A model generated the notes under the pieces. It was not told the origin of the DNA. It searched no databases and saw nothing but the letters and a program-made list of their open reading frames with translations. Below are positions 27,505 through 41,682 of a DNA stretch of 64,000 bases, piece by piece; position 1 is the stretch's first letter; every line of letters begins with the position of its first letter. A program made the position numbers and the translations under genes. The DNA is from the human T2T-CHM13v2.0 reference genome, Homo sapiens: the NCBI RefSeq assembly GCF_009914755.1, contig NC_060934.1. One strand, given 5' to 3'.

Positions 27505-27968
27505 ATATCCATTTCCTAGGCTGGTCTGCCATAACAGTGAACACAAACCGGGTGGCTTGAATTGATTGTCTCACAGTTATGGAGGGCAGAATTCCCAAAT
27601 CAAGGTGTGGGCAGTGTTGGTTCCTTCTGGAGGTTCTGAGGGAGAAGCTATTCCCTGCCTCTCTCCTGGCTTCCGGTGGCTGCCCCGGTCTTTGGCATTC
27701 CGTGGCTTGTGGCTGTTTTACTCCAATCCCTGCCCCATCTTCCTGTGGCCTTCTTCTTTGTGTCTTCCTATGTGTCTGTGTCTCTCAATCTCCCTCTCCT
27801 TATAAGGACAGAGGTCACTGGATCTAGAGGCCACTCTACTCCAGTATGACTTCATCTTACCTTGAGTACATCTGCAAAGACTCTATTTCCAAATAAGGTC
27901 ACAGTCATGGATACCAGGGTTTAGGACTTCAACATAGCTTTAAAGGGGAGACAATCCAACCCACACTA
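27505..27968 (-). mobile_element. MLT1 (MaLR, MLT1C-like) solo LTR
   Basis: tttcctagggc..gccataaca..cacaaaccgggtggctt...tcttataagga-like motif...atctgcaaagactctatttccaaataaggtcaca...aatccaacccac. Confidence 0.85.
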
Positions 27969-28299
27969 GTCATGACCAATAGACTTTTCTTTTCTTTTTT
28001 CAGTGAAATAGAATCTAGGAAAAAATATCAGCATTCATTGCAGGCAGTAAGGTTAAGCATCATTTCATAAAACTTTATACACATGCATGTATATTAATAT
28101 ATGTGCTGGTTAATACATGTATTTTTTATGTCAGAAAAGTTTATGAAACTTAAAAAAAAAGTGGCGGCAGCGGGGGCGCTTTAAAAAAAAACCTGCCTCC
28201 TGCAGCCTCTGCTCACGGTGCACCCCTCACCCCCTGGTCTCTCAAACAGGAGCCAGCTCTGTGTTCTGTAGCCCCACCCACCAGGCACTCCCCTACTCC

Positions 28300-28722
28300 C
28301 TCCCTGCCATGGGGCCTTGGCGCCTGCTGGTCCTCCTGCCCAGAATGCTCTTCCCTACCCTCTTCGTCCAGATTTCGTCTCTCCTTCAAATCTCAGAGCA
28401 AATATTATTGTCCTAGAGAACTCCTGCCAGAGCCAAGCTGAGCCCACTGTTACATTTTCTCACAGTTCCCATGTTTTCCCTATAAAGCCATGATCCTGGC
28501 TTTTGCAGAAACAATTCCTCTATGTATCTATCCGTGTTTATCTTGTGTGATTATTTTATTAATGTTCGTCTCTCCTACCATGCTCATAGCCCACTGTGGT
28601 TTGTGAGTCTTGTCTGTTCTCCATATCATAGTAATATTAATATTCCAATATGAATATTCATATTTCCACATTAGCTTTGTGTCTGGCCCAAGTGCTCAAT
28701 AAATGTTCACTAAATGAATCGA
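28300..28722 (+). mobile_element. L2 3' fragment
   Basis: gggccttggcgcctgctggtcctcctgcccagaatgctcttccc...gtgctcaataaatgttcactaaatgaat. Confidence 0.65.
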
Positions 28723-30063
28723 TCTAAATGACCATTGCAACCATGAGAGGAATATTGTGCCCAGCCTGAGATTTTAAAGGAAGGACCTAGAGTGGCTCCA
28801 GTGCTTGCCAGATAGACAGGGACATCATCACTCTCTTGTTGTTCACAAAAGCCTAGGATTGAGCACCATGCACCATTCTGGCAGCACTACAGATGAGGAG
28901 ACTGAGGGTCAGAGTGGTCAAGTAAATTGCCCGGTGTGCTTAGATTCAGGCTCAGGCTGGCCTTACCCCCAAGCCTGAGCTATCACTCGGGGGTATGTTT
29001 CTTGGAGTGAAGGTGCAAGAAACCAGGTGCTAAGATTAGGCCACAGGGACCAAATTCACACGATTTTATGTCCGGGTTACAGCCTGGATGTGGGATCCCA
29101 GATCTCCCTGGACGATAGGAAGTGTGCCTCCTAAGCGTAGGTTCTCCTGCTCACTCACACCGTGGGTGGGCTCAGGTAAGAAGCTCTGGGCAGAGCACGG
29201 TGACCCCAGCTCTAGGCCATCCTGGCTCGGTGGAGTCGGGCATGTGTGTTCCCCACTGTGAATCTCAGCTCTTATTGAGAAAATGGGCACAGAAATGTCA
29301 GCTTGCTCAGCTCATAGTCTTATTCCAAAATCAAGTGAAAGGAAAGCACTTTGAAAGATGTGACGCTGTGTCGTGCTGTGGAGGCATGGAAAGTCCCTGT
29401 CCTGGGGGTGCGTGCTGTGGGTGTGGGAGTCTGAGGACTTGGATTCTCTACTCTCCTTCCCGGTGAGGATGGCCATGTCATTTTGCTTCTCTCCTGTATG
29501 ACTAGTGCAGTCCCCTTGGCTGTTTATTGCTAGAGAGGAACTTAGTTATGGTCCCCAGGACTGCCACCAGCCCGGGGTTCTGCTTCCAGGCAATAAGCTT
29601 TATTAGCCCTACGCTCTCAATTATCCTTTTTTCCTCCTCCATGGGAAGAACTAAGAAATGGCTTGGGAAGCCCCCTTGAGGTCTGGTGACAGCTGTGACT
29701 TTATTTGGGGATTACTCTGGGGCATGTATAGATTCATCAAAGCTCCCTTCTTATTAAAACCAAGGAAAAGATCCCTCTCACTGCCAGGGACCTCCAGCCG
29801 GCCCTTCCCCTCACAGCTCCCCACTCTTCCTCACTGCTGCTGCTCCCTTGTCCTATTTGACAATTAAAACCGCATCTTTAGCACCTTGATGCCCGCAGGC
29901 CCGGCTCTCCTGAGGGGTGGGCTCTTGTATCCTTGCTAATCCCCCAGTTCTCAAATACTACCAGCAACTGTCATCTTCCACCTACAGGACAGTAAAGTCT
30001 ATCTGAGAATGGAAATCCCTCACCCCTCAGCCTCCTTCACCACCCAAGGGAGAAGCACTGTGC

Positions 30064-30268
30064 AGGGAGGCGGGGAGGGGTGGGGAGCATCGGGGAGGGG
30101 TGGGGAGGAGCAGCATCCGGGAGAGGTGGGGAGCATTGGGGAGGGGTGGGGAGGGGTGGGGAGAAGTGGGGAGCATCGGGGAGGGGTGGGGAGGGGTGGG
30201 AAGCATCGGGGAGGGGTGAAGAGGAGCGGGGAGGGGTGGGGAGGGGCAAAGAGGATGGGGAGGAGCGG
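30064..30268 (+). repeat. G-rich 10-bp-unit tandem repeat (GGGGAGGGGT / GGGGAGCATC)
   Basis: Direct reading, many GGGG runs. Confidence 0.9.
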
Positions 30269-30460
30269 ATGCACCTGGCCTCCCAAATCCAGATTGTGGT
30301 GCCAGCTCTGGAAACACAGCAAGTCACTCCTGAATTACCCAAACCGCAAGTGGAAAATCCACTGCAGCTGAGTATCATGTACTTTAGGATGTCTGAACTT
30401 TAGGATTTCCCTGGGATCATTATCATTCTAATCATTCTGGGACCTGAGAGAAGTAACTGA

Positions 30461-30808
<348 letters not shown>

Positions 30809-32587
30809 TGGGCCTTCCTATTTTGAGGGAATCATCCCAGAATGAGAAGAACTCTGTGTAGCTGGGATGTGAGAAGCATGTGCAGAGCTTGAGTGGGTCA
30901 GTACATGCTAGGCCGATCCCACTGTGAGCATTTCACCTCTGCTGGGGGACATGGGCGCAGGGGGTGTTTGTGTTCAGGGGGGCCACCTCTTTCTGATGCC
31001 ACTTTCCTGGGCTTGTCCAACCCCTGCTTGGCTGGAAGGAGACTCACCCACCTGCACATCGAGAACCTCACCAACCTCAGAGGAAAGATTAGAACAGGGC
31101 TTCACCACAGTTTTGCTTTCTGTGTGTCCCACCCCTGGGAAATGCTGCAAGGACGTCAGCCTGCCAGGTCACCCTGCAGCCAACTGCATCCTTTCCCAGC
31201 CCTGGCCGCAGCAGCTGCTGGGATCCCTTTGTCATTAGTGCAGGAGCAAAATGGGAATGGGGGAGCCAGCACTACAAGCCTCCAAGCAGTGTTCAGGTCG
31301 TGTGTTTCCTGGGCAATTGGGGGGCGTGAGTTATGCAGGGCGCTTTCCTCTCTCCCACCCACCCAAGTCCAGTAGCTTTGCTGCCTGCGTGCTTTCCCCA
31401 ACCATGGACGGGCCTCTCCTACCATGGCCTCAATGCTGGGCCGTCTCCCCAGCTGAGATGCCCCCTCCTTAACCGAGTCTGCCTGCATCAGTGCTCACCT
31501 GGTTTAGGGCTGCGCTTAGAGCTAGCGTGTCCTGGTAGGGAGTGGCCTAGGCTCCAGTTCCTTTTCTTCACCAGCACTGTGGGCCAAGGCGCATGGCCTC
31601 CCACGCACCACAGCAGAGCTGCCAGGTGAGATTGATCTTCTGTGGTTGAGATGATCACTCTTGGCTGTAGCCCACTCATGCCGTGAGTGACAGACAGGTG
31701 CTTAGGGCACCAGAGTCTTCTCTAATAAGGTGGCAGCTGGCCGCGGTTGTTGATTTACCGGCCAGGATCTTCGCCTCAAGAACCACAGTGCGCTCTTCTG
31801 TAATCAGTGCTTTCCTTCTCACATCTCCTGACACGAGGATGAGCAGAGCAGGCTCGATGACACAGCTGCTCAACTGTAATCCTGTATGATAATTTTGCAA
31901 ATTATTATTTTTAATATAATCAGCTTTTTCCTTAGGCAATAAAAGAAAAAGTTAAATTGCTCACAAACTAATAAAGGTTTATCTTCTGGAGCATCAAATT
32001 CTGTTTACTCATGAAACACACACCTCCTCTATGCACCCATCGAGAGGAAAATTAGCATTTATTTTCCCTGATAAACAAAAACAGTGGAAGATTTGTTGGC
32101 ATCTTTTGGTGTTAAGCCCTTCCTTACATTTAAAATGACATAGAGGAATGCAAGAACTTTGGAAGAGGTCTGCCCTGACTCTGGATTTAATTTTAACTTT
32201 GGAAAGCAACCTGTTGTGTGCAGTAGGATGTTATGTGGTGTCTGCAGTGCCTAGACGCTAACAACATGCATGGAACCAAGCTCCCCCTTGGGCCCAGGAG
32301 CCAAGAGATTGAAGAAAGGGAAATGCTTTCATGACTCTCCACAAGTTCCTCCACGTTCCCACCGGGGGGAAGATGTTGTGTAACCCTCAGTGATGAGAAA
32401 GTGAGATTTCCCCCAGCTAGATTCCTCCTCCTTTGATTCATTTTGGTGGCAAGAGAAGTTGAAGCTTTGACACTCTCTTTATTTGCCTCAGTGCTAGAAG
32501 GCTTTAATTGCACTTAAAAATAATTCCAGTCCGATTTTCAAATGCCTTCCGGAGTGATTCAGCGTTTTTCTTTTCCCTGATTTCCAG

Positions 32588-32646
32588 GTACGGAGATATG
32601 AGGAGACAGATTGGCTTTGAAATCAGAGACATGTGGTACAACCTTG
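32588..32646 (+). CDS. DOCK1: DOCK1 coding exon C (59 nt): [19 protein letters not shown](G)
   Basis: Acceptor ttttccctgatttccag and donor TTG|gtgagt. Phase is compatible with exons B and D. Confidence 0.97.
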
Positions 32647-35600
32647 GTGAGTAGCCTGGATGTGGGGGCATAGTGAATATCTTGCATCCCTGGTGGGTCA
32701 TGGCACTGGCCGTGTTCATCAGTGTTGGGATGTCTTAAGATCTTAATGGCTTCTGTTCCTTGGACAGCAGTTGCTACTCTTTGTAGTAACTGTTTTCAGG
32801 AATTAAGAGATAGAAGACCAAAGGCAAGGAAAGAAAATCTCACGGGTGGGGCAAAAAGAAAAATCCACAGAGCACCCTCTTGTGTTGTGTGGACACGTGG
32901 CTTGGAGCTCCTCCCTCCCTGGTGTTGCCTCCCTCCCTCAGTTGCCTCAGTTCCTTCTGCGTCAAATAGGAAGCTCATCCTGCTGTGACATTTGCCATCA
33001 CTTACCATATTCAGTTTTACAGACTCTGCCTTCTAAAGGGTTAATTCCCCTCCTCAAAACCAGATCTACCTGGTGGCAGCCTAACATGCTCCTGCACTCA
33101 AAGCAGTGAAGGGTCTGTGTGTGTATATGAAATTAATAGGAGTTTATTTGTAAATTAAGTAATTTTTTCCAACTACTTTTATCATGAACAGTAAGAATAA
33201 ATTCTCTATTAAAATTTTAACCAATGTGACATGTAATTCTTATAGATAAGCCCCTTCAAGAAATCAATGACTGACAATAACTTGGTATCTTCCCAGCATC
33301 TTTACACTACCCTCTAGGAATCTGGCCTCACTCCTCGTTGAGATGAAGCTCTCTCTGGCTCCTGCCGTCAGCCCTCGGGCTTGCTTTGTGCCGAGGTGTC
33401 CTAGGCCATGGGGTGCTGGTGGCCTTGCCTCAGTCCTGAGCAAAGCATCAGTTGCTTTTCTGCCCCAGGATCTCCAGGCCTCTGCTTCCTTCCTTCAAAT
33501 GGACACGAGAAGCCTGCATTGGCCTGTTGCAAGAAACCCTCCACTCTCCCCTCTACCTCAGAGAATCTTTTCCTACTAGAAGGAGGCAGGGGTCTGTCCG
33601 CATCACTCTGTTAGCCTCGTAGCATTAGGGTTTCACTTGTTGCACCAGGGTTGGGACAACTTAGCTGCACCCCAGCCTGCTTACTTCCCAAGCAGCTGTG
33701 ACTCCCTGCAGTGGCTGGAGAGCATGGCAAGAAAGAAGCAGAACCCAGCGAGCCACGCTTCACTTCTAGCTCACTGTTTGCTTTTGCATCTTCCTTGCCA
33801 TTCTTTGGTTTGACATGAGGCCCAGTTAGGTTCTCAGGAATGGAAAGCCACAGCAGATGCTCCTGGGTGGGGATGAAGAGCGGGTCAGAGTGGCCCTGTC
33901 TGCCTGTGCCCTCCCAGTACAAAGAGAACCTGCACCATTGCATCCTTTCTGCGTGTCAGTCCTGGAGTCAGTGGAGGACTCCTCGAGGAAGCTCTGTGCT
34001 AGGTCTCTGCACATGATTTTGCTGCAGTAGCTCCTATGTCCAGAATCTGAGTACTGGGTCTCAGCTGTCAAAGGGCCTGCTGATCTCTGCAACATGATAC
34101 CTACCAGGCACCATCCTGTCCTTGGCCTTCCTGCCATCCCAGGGAGGAAGGTAGGGGCTCTAGGCTCAGAGTCAAGAGAGATGATAAGTCCCACCTTGAA
34201 GTTTTCATCCTCTCCCACTCCTGCCTCCCCGTGAGGCCTGATTCACATGGCTCAGTCTTTCTGGGCCGTTAGATAAAGTGGTTGGACTGAATTTTTCAAG
34301 AGCCTTCCAATTCCAAAACTCAATAATTCTATGACATATATATACGATGATCTCAGTAATAACGTGCTAAGGCTTTTAGAACAGGGAGGAGGACCATCCG
34401 TGATTCATTCCAATTGATCTCTCTGTGTTCTTTGTTAAAATCCTGCTCTGACAGATGCATCTGTCATTTGCTCTGTTAGGCCAGACGGCAGGCCCCACAC
34501 CAGGCAGGGACCCAGTGTGGTCCCATGAGAGAGAGAGAGAGGCAGGAGACGGGGGAGGGCTTTCACAGCAATGGCATGGAGGGGGGCTGTTCTCTGTTGG
34601 AACTCAGTGAGTCCAGGACTTTTATAGGCACCAACGTTCATGAAGGAGGTGATATGAGCTCCACCTGCCACAGTTGGGCTCTCAGGGCAGACCCCAGACC
34701 TCTTCTCTGGACACAGGCTCTCTCTGAGGCCATCTTTTACCCTGGCCCCTCCTAAAAGAGTGAGTCCATTTTCTTCTGTGTTGTTCCATTTCAACTCTAA
34801 AGTATAGACAGGGAATTGCCTATTTCCCCCAAGAGGACACTTGCACATATACTTTCAAATGAAGGTTCTCATTCTGGAATGGCTCGGTAACATTTCACAT
34901 CATTTATGATAATTAGAGACACCACCCTAGCGGAGGGTCTGATGGGTCATTACATACTGAAATGCTTCCTTCTCCCCGTACACAACTGCAGCCACCATTT
35001 GACTCACCCTGGCCCCTGAGCACCCCCAGGATCCTCCACTGCTCTCCATGTGCCAAGGTCATTGCCTAGCACCAAGGGAGCCTCTAAAACTCAGCTCGAG
35101 CCACAGCTGGCCAGAGGTCACCCTGACTGATGGGTGCTCCTGCCTTTCTAGTTTTCTGATTTGGGATTGTTTTTGTTTTTGTTTGCAAGTATAGTTAATG
35201 TCACCTCTGTAGTCCCTGAGATTGATCACCACTGAAAGTGGCTCCATTTCAATTTGTGCTACGTGCCATGATAACAATGAAGGAAGGAAAGGCGGGCCCA
35301 GAAAGGGTGAGTTTCTCCGCGTGCCCTCTCCAAGTGCTTGGGCAGGCCTGGCCTTCTGAGGATACACTTGGGTCTGACACAGAGCACTTGGTTCTCTTGA
35401 CGTTATCTGTCATGCTCCAGATAGGCCAAGTCAAGCGACAGGAGACTTTTGATTTGGAAAAGGTTGCAGTGAAGTGAGCAAGCTCCCCCCTTCCCTCCTA
35501 TCAGTGGCTGATTTGAATATGGTGATTAATGCATGAGGTGTGTGTTTTGCAGCTTTTTAGCCAGGAACACTGACTGTGGCCTGAGAAGCGGCCAAGAGGT

Positions 35601-38600
35601 CAAAAGTAAACCAAAGCCAATTAGGGTCAGGGACTTGGAAACAACAAGAAGTAACAGTCAGCCACCAGACTTGGGTTCCTTGCTGGTAAAATAAGTTATC
35701 TTTCAAAGTGAGGGAGGTGATCTTAAAAGCACCTGCAGCCCACAGGATCCTCCCCAAGCAGCCCCTCAGGATGGCTAAGGATAGCACCACGGGGTGGCCT
35801 CCTTCCTGCCATGGTGCCAGGTGCCTGAGTGTCTTTGCCAAGGCTGTCACACTCCAAATTTATGACAGCACATCTCAGTTTCCCAGGATGTATACAACCT
35901 ACTTTCTACATAGTTTTTTTTTTTTTATTTTAATTTTACTTTTTGTAAATGGGTGCAGGTTTGGGAACATATTGGCAGGATGATAGCACCGACTCTGCCA
36001 AGAAAATAGAAATGGAAATCAGATCTATTTATCTGCTTACAATTAATAAACTGTCACTTGAGCAGACCTTCAGCTGAATGCTCCATGAGTCTCCTCCTTC
36101 AGTCTTTCCAATAGTATGCATGGCCCATAGAGAGGAGCATCTCAGCTCTTGCCTCCTCCTTGCCCAGCCTCAGAGCAAGGATCTGGGGTCTGTTTTGCTC
36201 AATTTAATGCAAGGGCAAACATGGCACTGCCCCATGGGACAGAGTGATGTGTTTCTTTCCCTCCCAAACCTGTCATATTTTGAGTCTGAAAGGGGAAATC
36301 AAAAGCAGGCTCTCTCTCAAAAGAAAAAAGGGGGGAAAATGTGCTTATTTACCCAGCTCCTGAGTTATTTATCAAAGCGCACTCTGTGCAGCAGCCTGCC
36401 GGAGCACCTGATCTCCTTGCCTGTGCCGCCTCAATTTACATTTTGTTTATTACATCCAGCACACTGGAGCGAGCACTAGACCCCAGCCAGCCAGAACGAA
36501 TGTGCTTGGAGCAAGATCTTTATCCACCGCGTTGGGTTTGGGATATTTTTCATGCAGGGATTCCCTTCATGGGTGTTTTTTGGCGACTGGGCAAATTGTG
36601 TGCTTTTCATTAAAACCCGTATACATTGTGGCCTAATGGGTGTGGCCAGGAGGTGGAAGCTTTTGCTCTGCCTGCTCTTGTGTATACAGAGATTTTTCTG
36701 GGATAAGTCTATGTTTAATGTCCCAGATTTTTGAACACCAGTGATTGCAAAGAGATAATTTAAACACCCACAGGGAGGCTTCTGACTAGGGAGGCCTTGG
36801 CTTCGTGAGAAAACAAGATGTTGTTCCCAGGGGAAAGAGCTCCACGTTCTGTAACTAAAATAGACTCTAGATGGGCTATGAGACCGGCAAGGACTGGAAG
36901 TAAAATATTCTCCTCGTCACCTTCCTTTGGCTCAAAAGTGTGTCCTCTTTTTCTTTAAGTCTACACTGCAGGAGTCACCTTGGTCCTCATTGGTTCCAAA
37001 CCTGAGTTCATCATTAAATTTGAGCAAGATATGCTCCAGGGGAAATCTATAATGCAAATGTCAAAAAAAAAAAAGGTGGCTACCAGAGAACATTCCCCAC
37101 CCACTCCTGCTCACCTTGGGGACCACTGGTTTACGAAGAGTCAGTGCCCAGGGCTGTCACTATCCATAGAACCCAGTACCAGCTCCAGGCCAGTGTGTCT
37201 TCTGTACTAATAAGGAGGGTGATAATAAAAGGTTAAGCTACTGTCGTTTTGGTAGCTTCTTTTTCCAATCCCTGCTTCTACAACCACTTGTGACTGCTTT
37301 CTATGTTTTTCCCAGCTTGGAACAATAAAACCTGTTGGTGACAGACAGAACTTTATGACGCTGAAATTGTGGTTGATGAACAACTCGCTGTCACCATCAT
37401 CTGTTTTCTGAAACATTGGCTCTGACATTTTTTAGGCATAATACAAGGAAAGTGTCACCTGAGAGATGGAATATAATAGCATTTTCAAGAGAATGCTTTG
37501 CAGCAGTTACAGGACTTTCAGAAACATTAAGCATTTGGGAAAGTGGTGAGAATCACACAATGATAGCCTTAGTCAAAATATTAATTATTTAGTAAAAGTT
37601 GAAAATAAGATGTTAATTACATTTTGTGTGTATGTCCACCCAATAAAAAGTAATTCAGTCTAATTATGAGGATTACGTATTCTCTTAAGTATCGTTATAG
37701 TAGCCACATTTCTTTAATGATTCTCTTTACAGAAATGTATATTCACTGAGTTGCAAAGAAAACTAAAGAATTTGGTTTCCTGATTGTGTAGAAATATTAA
37801 TAAGATTGGTTAATTCGGGATACATTGCTGGTGTTAAAATACTGCACATATTTTATTCAAACATTTAATTTCTCAGGCATTCTTCTGTTATATGTTGGAA
37901 ATGAAATGGTTTTAGTTGCAGTGGGGTGAAATGAAAACAAAATCAAGATTTCTGAAAGACAAGAGGGTCAGCTTTTAAAAGATCACCTTTTTGATAGGAC
38001 CTGCCTCTGAGTTTCATTATGTCACCTTAACTAAGGTTCGCAGCCCCATTTTTAGAAAGGAGTCTTCCAGGAGCTTCATTCCAGAGGTGCAGTGTCCAGG
38101 CAGTGAAAGAAGCTTGGCAGTTGCTGTGGTTTCCTCCCTCTCCCATCTCTCTGAACTTGCCTGGTTCACTTCAAGCTCTTTAGGAGCTCACCCTGATCCT
38201 CAGGAGTACCGCAGCCACGCACCCACAGGATATGGGGTCCCCGGCTGGGGTGAGCACAATGGCGGCCAACCCACAACTAGCAGGAGGGGGAGGGGCTGGC
38301 CACCACATCAGGCCCAGCTGCCAGCTGCTCTGCCCAGTCGCCAGATTTCCTGATGGTGATCCTGCGCTAGCATCTTTCTAAGTCAGCGACAGAGACCCAG
38401 GAAGGTATGATACCAAGATTTCCAACAAAAACCATTGAAATTAAAAACATAAATTGAGTGCTTGTGAGAAGCCAGTCTCTACCTTCTGGGGGCTTATTTA
38501 GCATTGTGATGTCTCAACAGTGAGGGATAAAACGATGGAAAATGACAGATCACTGACCTCTCTGTTCATTTTGCAATTAGGGGGGACAAATAAGGGAGTG

Positions 38601-38694
38601 GACAGCTCAAACGATTTCTCTTTCAGAGAGTCGGGTAGGGTCCGAGTGCCATGCAAAGATCCTGAGACAAGCAAACAGGGAAGGAATTTGTAAA

Positions 38695-38930
38695 ATGAGG
38701 GTCACAGCTAAGCCTTCATAATCTCAGACCCAGGTTCAAATCCTGCTTCTCCACTTCTCTGAACAGCTCACAGAACAGCTTTGGGTACAGCCCACTTTCC
38801 TCGTCTGTTTAACAGGTTAAGAAGGTAACCATCTCGTAAGGTTACCGTGAAAATTCAGTGAGATGATGCTTTATCTTGAGCTTGTCATGTAAATTGTAAA
38901 TGCTAACTAATATGATCATATTCAGTATTA
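38695..38930 (+). mobile_element. MIR
   Basis: tcagacccaggttcaaatcctgcttctccactt...tttcctcgtctgttt...gtgaaaattcagtgagatgatg. Confidence 0.6.
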
Positions 38931-39003
38931 TTCACATTTGAAAAACTTTTGAGAAACATTTTTCTGAGTTCTTTAAAAATCATATCTGGAACAAGATAGG
39001 TGA

Positions 39004-39332
<329 letters not shown>

Positions 39333-39982
39333 TAAAGTAGTTATTTAAATAAGCATTTTCCTATCAAACAATAGCTCGAAAAGGTAGAATCACTGCTGTT
39401 TTTAGGGTTTCAGCCTCAGATTCCGGCGCCTTGATTTACTTTGATTGGAGTCGTTTGGCATGTTGCAGAAATCACCCTGCATTATTTACAGAGGTGTCAG
39501 ATAGCAAACTCATCTTCATAAGATGTGGGAGATAAAGAGGACTCAAGAGACTATCTGCTCTCTCTCATTTGTCGGCTCCTGTTCCTGTCGCTGTGCACAG
39601 AGTTAGAGGCTGAGACCCCCGACTCGCAGCCCCTGCTCTATTCAGAATTGGGAATTAGCTGCATGTGTTCTGAATCTGTGTGATGGAACTGGCTACTTAT
39701 AAAACAGTGTTCATCTTCTCTGACAGAGAAGTCATGATTACAGGCTTATACCACGCGGATCTTTGAAGAGCTTCACTTATAACATGTGGAATACAGGCCA
39801 CTTCTTATACTAATGGCTGGGAAAGTTCAAAATCATCATCTGCAGACGCGAAATGGATGCACATTTTCGGGATCCTGCTGCTCAAAGTCACAGTGATCTG
39901 TGTTGTGTTGTTTTATCCATTTAAGCCCATTTTAGAATTCTATTTTTCTTTATTTCTGAATATTGTACCTCTTTTTTCCAAG

Positions 39983-40131
39983 GTCAACACAAGATAAAGT
40001 TCATTCCAGAAATGGTGGGCCCAATATTAGAAATGACATTAATTCCCGAGACGGAGCTGCGCAAAGCCACCATCCCCATCTTCTTTGATATGATGCAGTG
40101 TGAATTCCATTCGACCCGAAGCTTCCAAATG
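39983..40131 (+). CDS. DOCK1: DOCK1 coding exon D (149 nt): [49 protein letters not shown]
   Basis: Acceptor ctcttttttccaag and donor ATG|gtaagg. Contains the conserved [14 protein letters not shown] motif. Confidence 0.97.
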
Positions 40132-40737
40132 GTAAGGACGTAGATGTGCAGCGAGTGGCCGGGGGACATGAGGGAGGCAAACCTGAAAACCTTCAAAGAA
40201 ACCTGTAGACAGTTCTAGAGTTAAAGGTGCCAACGTGGAAAACACATTTTCCTACAGCTTGAGAGAGAAAAAGCCTATGATTTTCCTTATTGAAGAAGCT
40301 TATCATCCCTTGCACTCAATTTTTGGGAGGATTATTCTCAATTTTTAGCTCTTACTTACTTCTTTTAATCTGGGTTTACTTACACATTGCACCCTGGATA
40401 AAAGTCTCTTGCTCCCACTTCTTGGTACGTGCTCTTGTAGAGCGTTTAATCAAATGTTATGTGTTACATTCTCTCAGACCGGCTGCTTATTGCAGAATTG
40501 TGGTATTTTGAAAGCTAAAGTCTTTGCTTTTATTCTCTTAAGTGTGTGTCTTGTTCTTTTGCCTGTGCAATGGAACTGATGAAAATTCTCTAAGAAAGTG
40601 TATATAAAGTGCTCAAAACATACTGTGACAAACAGCATGAGGGACAAACTCTGCTGCATAACTTATGCTCAAGAAGTAACAAAATCTCCTTCTGGATCCC
40701 AAGAAAATAAGTATACTGTTTATGTATTCTTGGGTTG

Positions 40738-41297
40738 GCACCCACACCCACACATACACATGCACGTCCCCACACACACACATACACATACACATCCCCC
40801 CACACACACATACACATGTACATCTCCACACACACACATACACATCCCCACACACACATACACATGCACGTCCCCCCACACACATACACATGCACATCCC
40901 CACACACACACACACACACGCGCATCCCCACACACACACACATACACATACACATCCCCCACACACACACGCACATCCCGACACACACGTACACATGCAC
41001 ATCCCCACACACACATGCACCTCCCCCCCCACACACACACACACATGTACATCCCCACACACACACATACACATCCCCACACACACACACATGTACATCT
41101 CCACACACACATATACACATGCACATCCCCCCACACACATACACATGTGCATCCCCACATACACATACACATACACATCCCCCCCCACACACACACGCAC
41201 ATCCCCACACACACACACACATGCACCTCCCCCCACACACACACACGTACATCCCCACATATACACATATGTGCACACATACACACACATGCACATG
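40738..41297 (+). repeat. CA-rich complex VNTR (~560 bp; catcccc(ca)n-catacacatg units)
   Basis: Direct reading. It is the source of the His/Thr- and Cys/Val-rich pseudo-ORFs. Confidence 0.95.
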
Positions 41298-41418
41298 CTA
41301 TGACTTTCTCCTTAGTGTACTAATGGTTTGGCCATGATGCTTTGCAGGAGACCTGGGAGAAGCCCAAGTACTAGGGAGTCCTCTGAATTGAAAGATACCT
41401 TTTAAAAATCATTATACT

Positions 41419-41682
41419 GGACCGGATGTGGTTGCCCACGCCTGTAATCCTAGCACTTTGAGAGGCCAAGGCAGGCAGATCACTTGAGCTCAGGAGTTCG
41501 AGACCAGCCTGGGAAACATGGTGAGACTCCGTCTCTACAAAAAATACAAAAATTAGTGAGGCATGGTGGTGCACACCTGTGGTCAGGGAAGTCAAGGCTG
41601 CAGTGAGCTGTGATCACGCCACTGCACTCCCGCCTAGGTGACAGAGCCAGACCCTGTCTCTAAATAAATAAATAAATAAATA
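41419..41682 (+). mobile_element. AluJ with an internal right-arm deletion and a (TAAA)n tail
   Basis: cctgtggtc jumps to agggaagtcaaggctgcagtgagc. TSD ttaaaaat[c/t]attata at 41402-41416 and 41683-41697. Confidence 0.9.

Noticed and set aside
30009-30403. Gly/Pro-rich ORFs on both strands
   Set aside because: Translations of the G-rich tandem repeat.
40590-41337. Six long ORFs (188-241 aa) rich in His/Thr/Pro or Cys/Val
   Set aside because: They are open in all frames only because the CA-rich VNTR lacks stop codons. There is no protein-like complexity.
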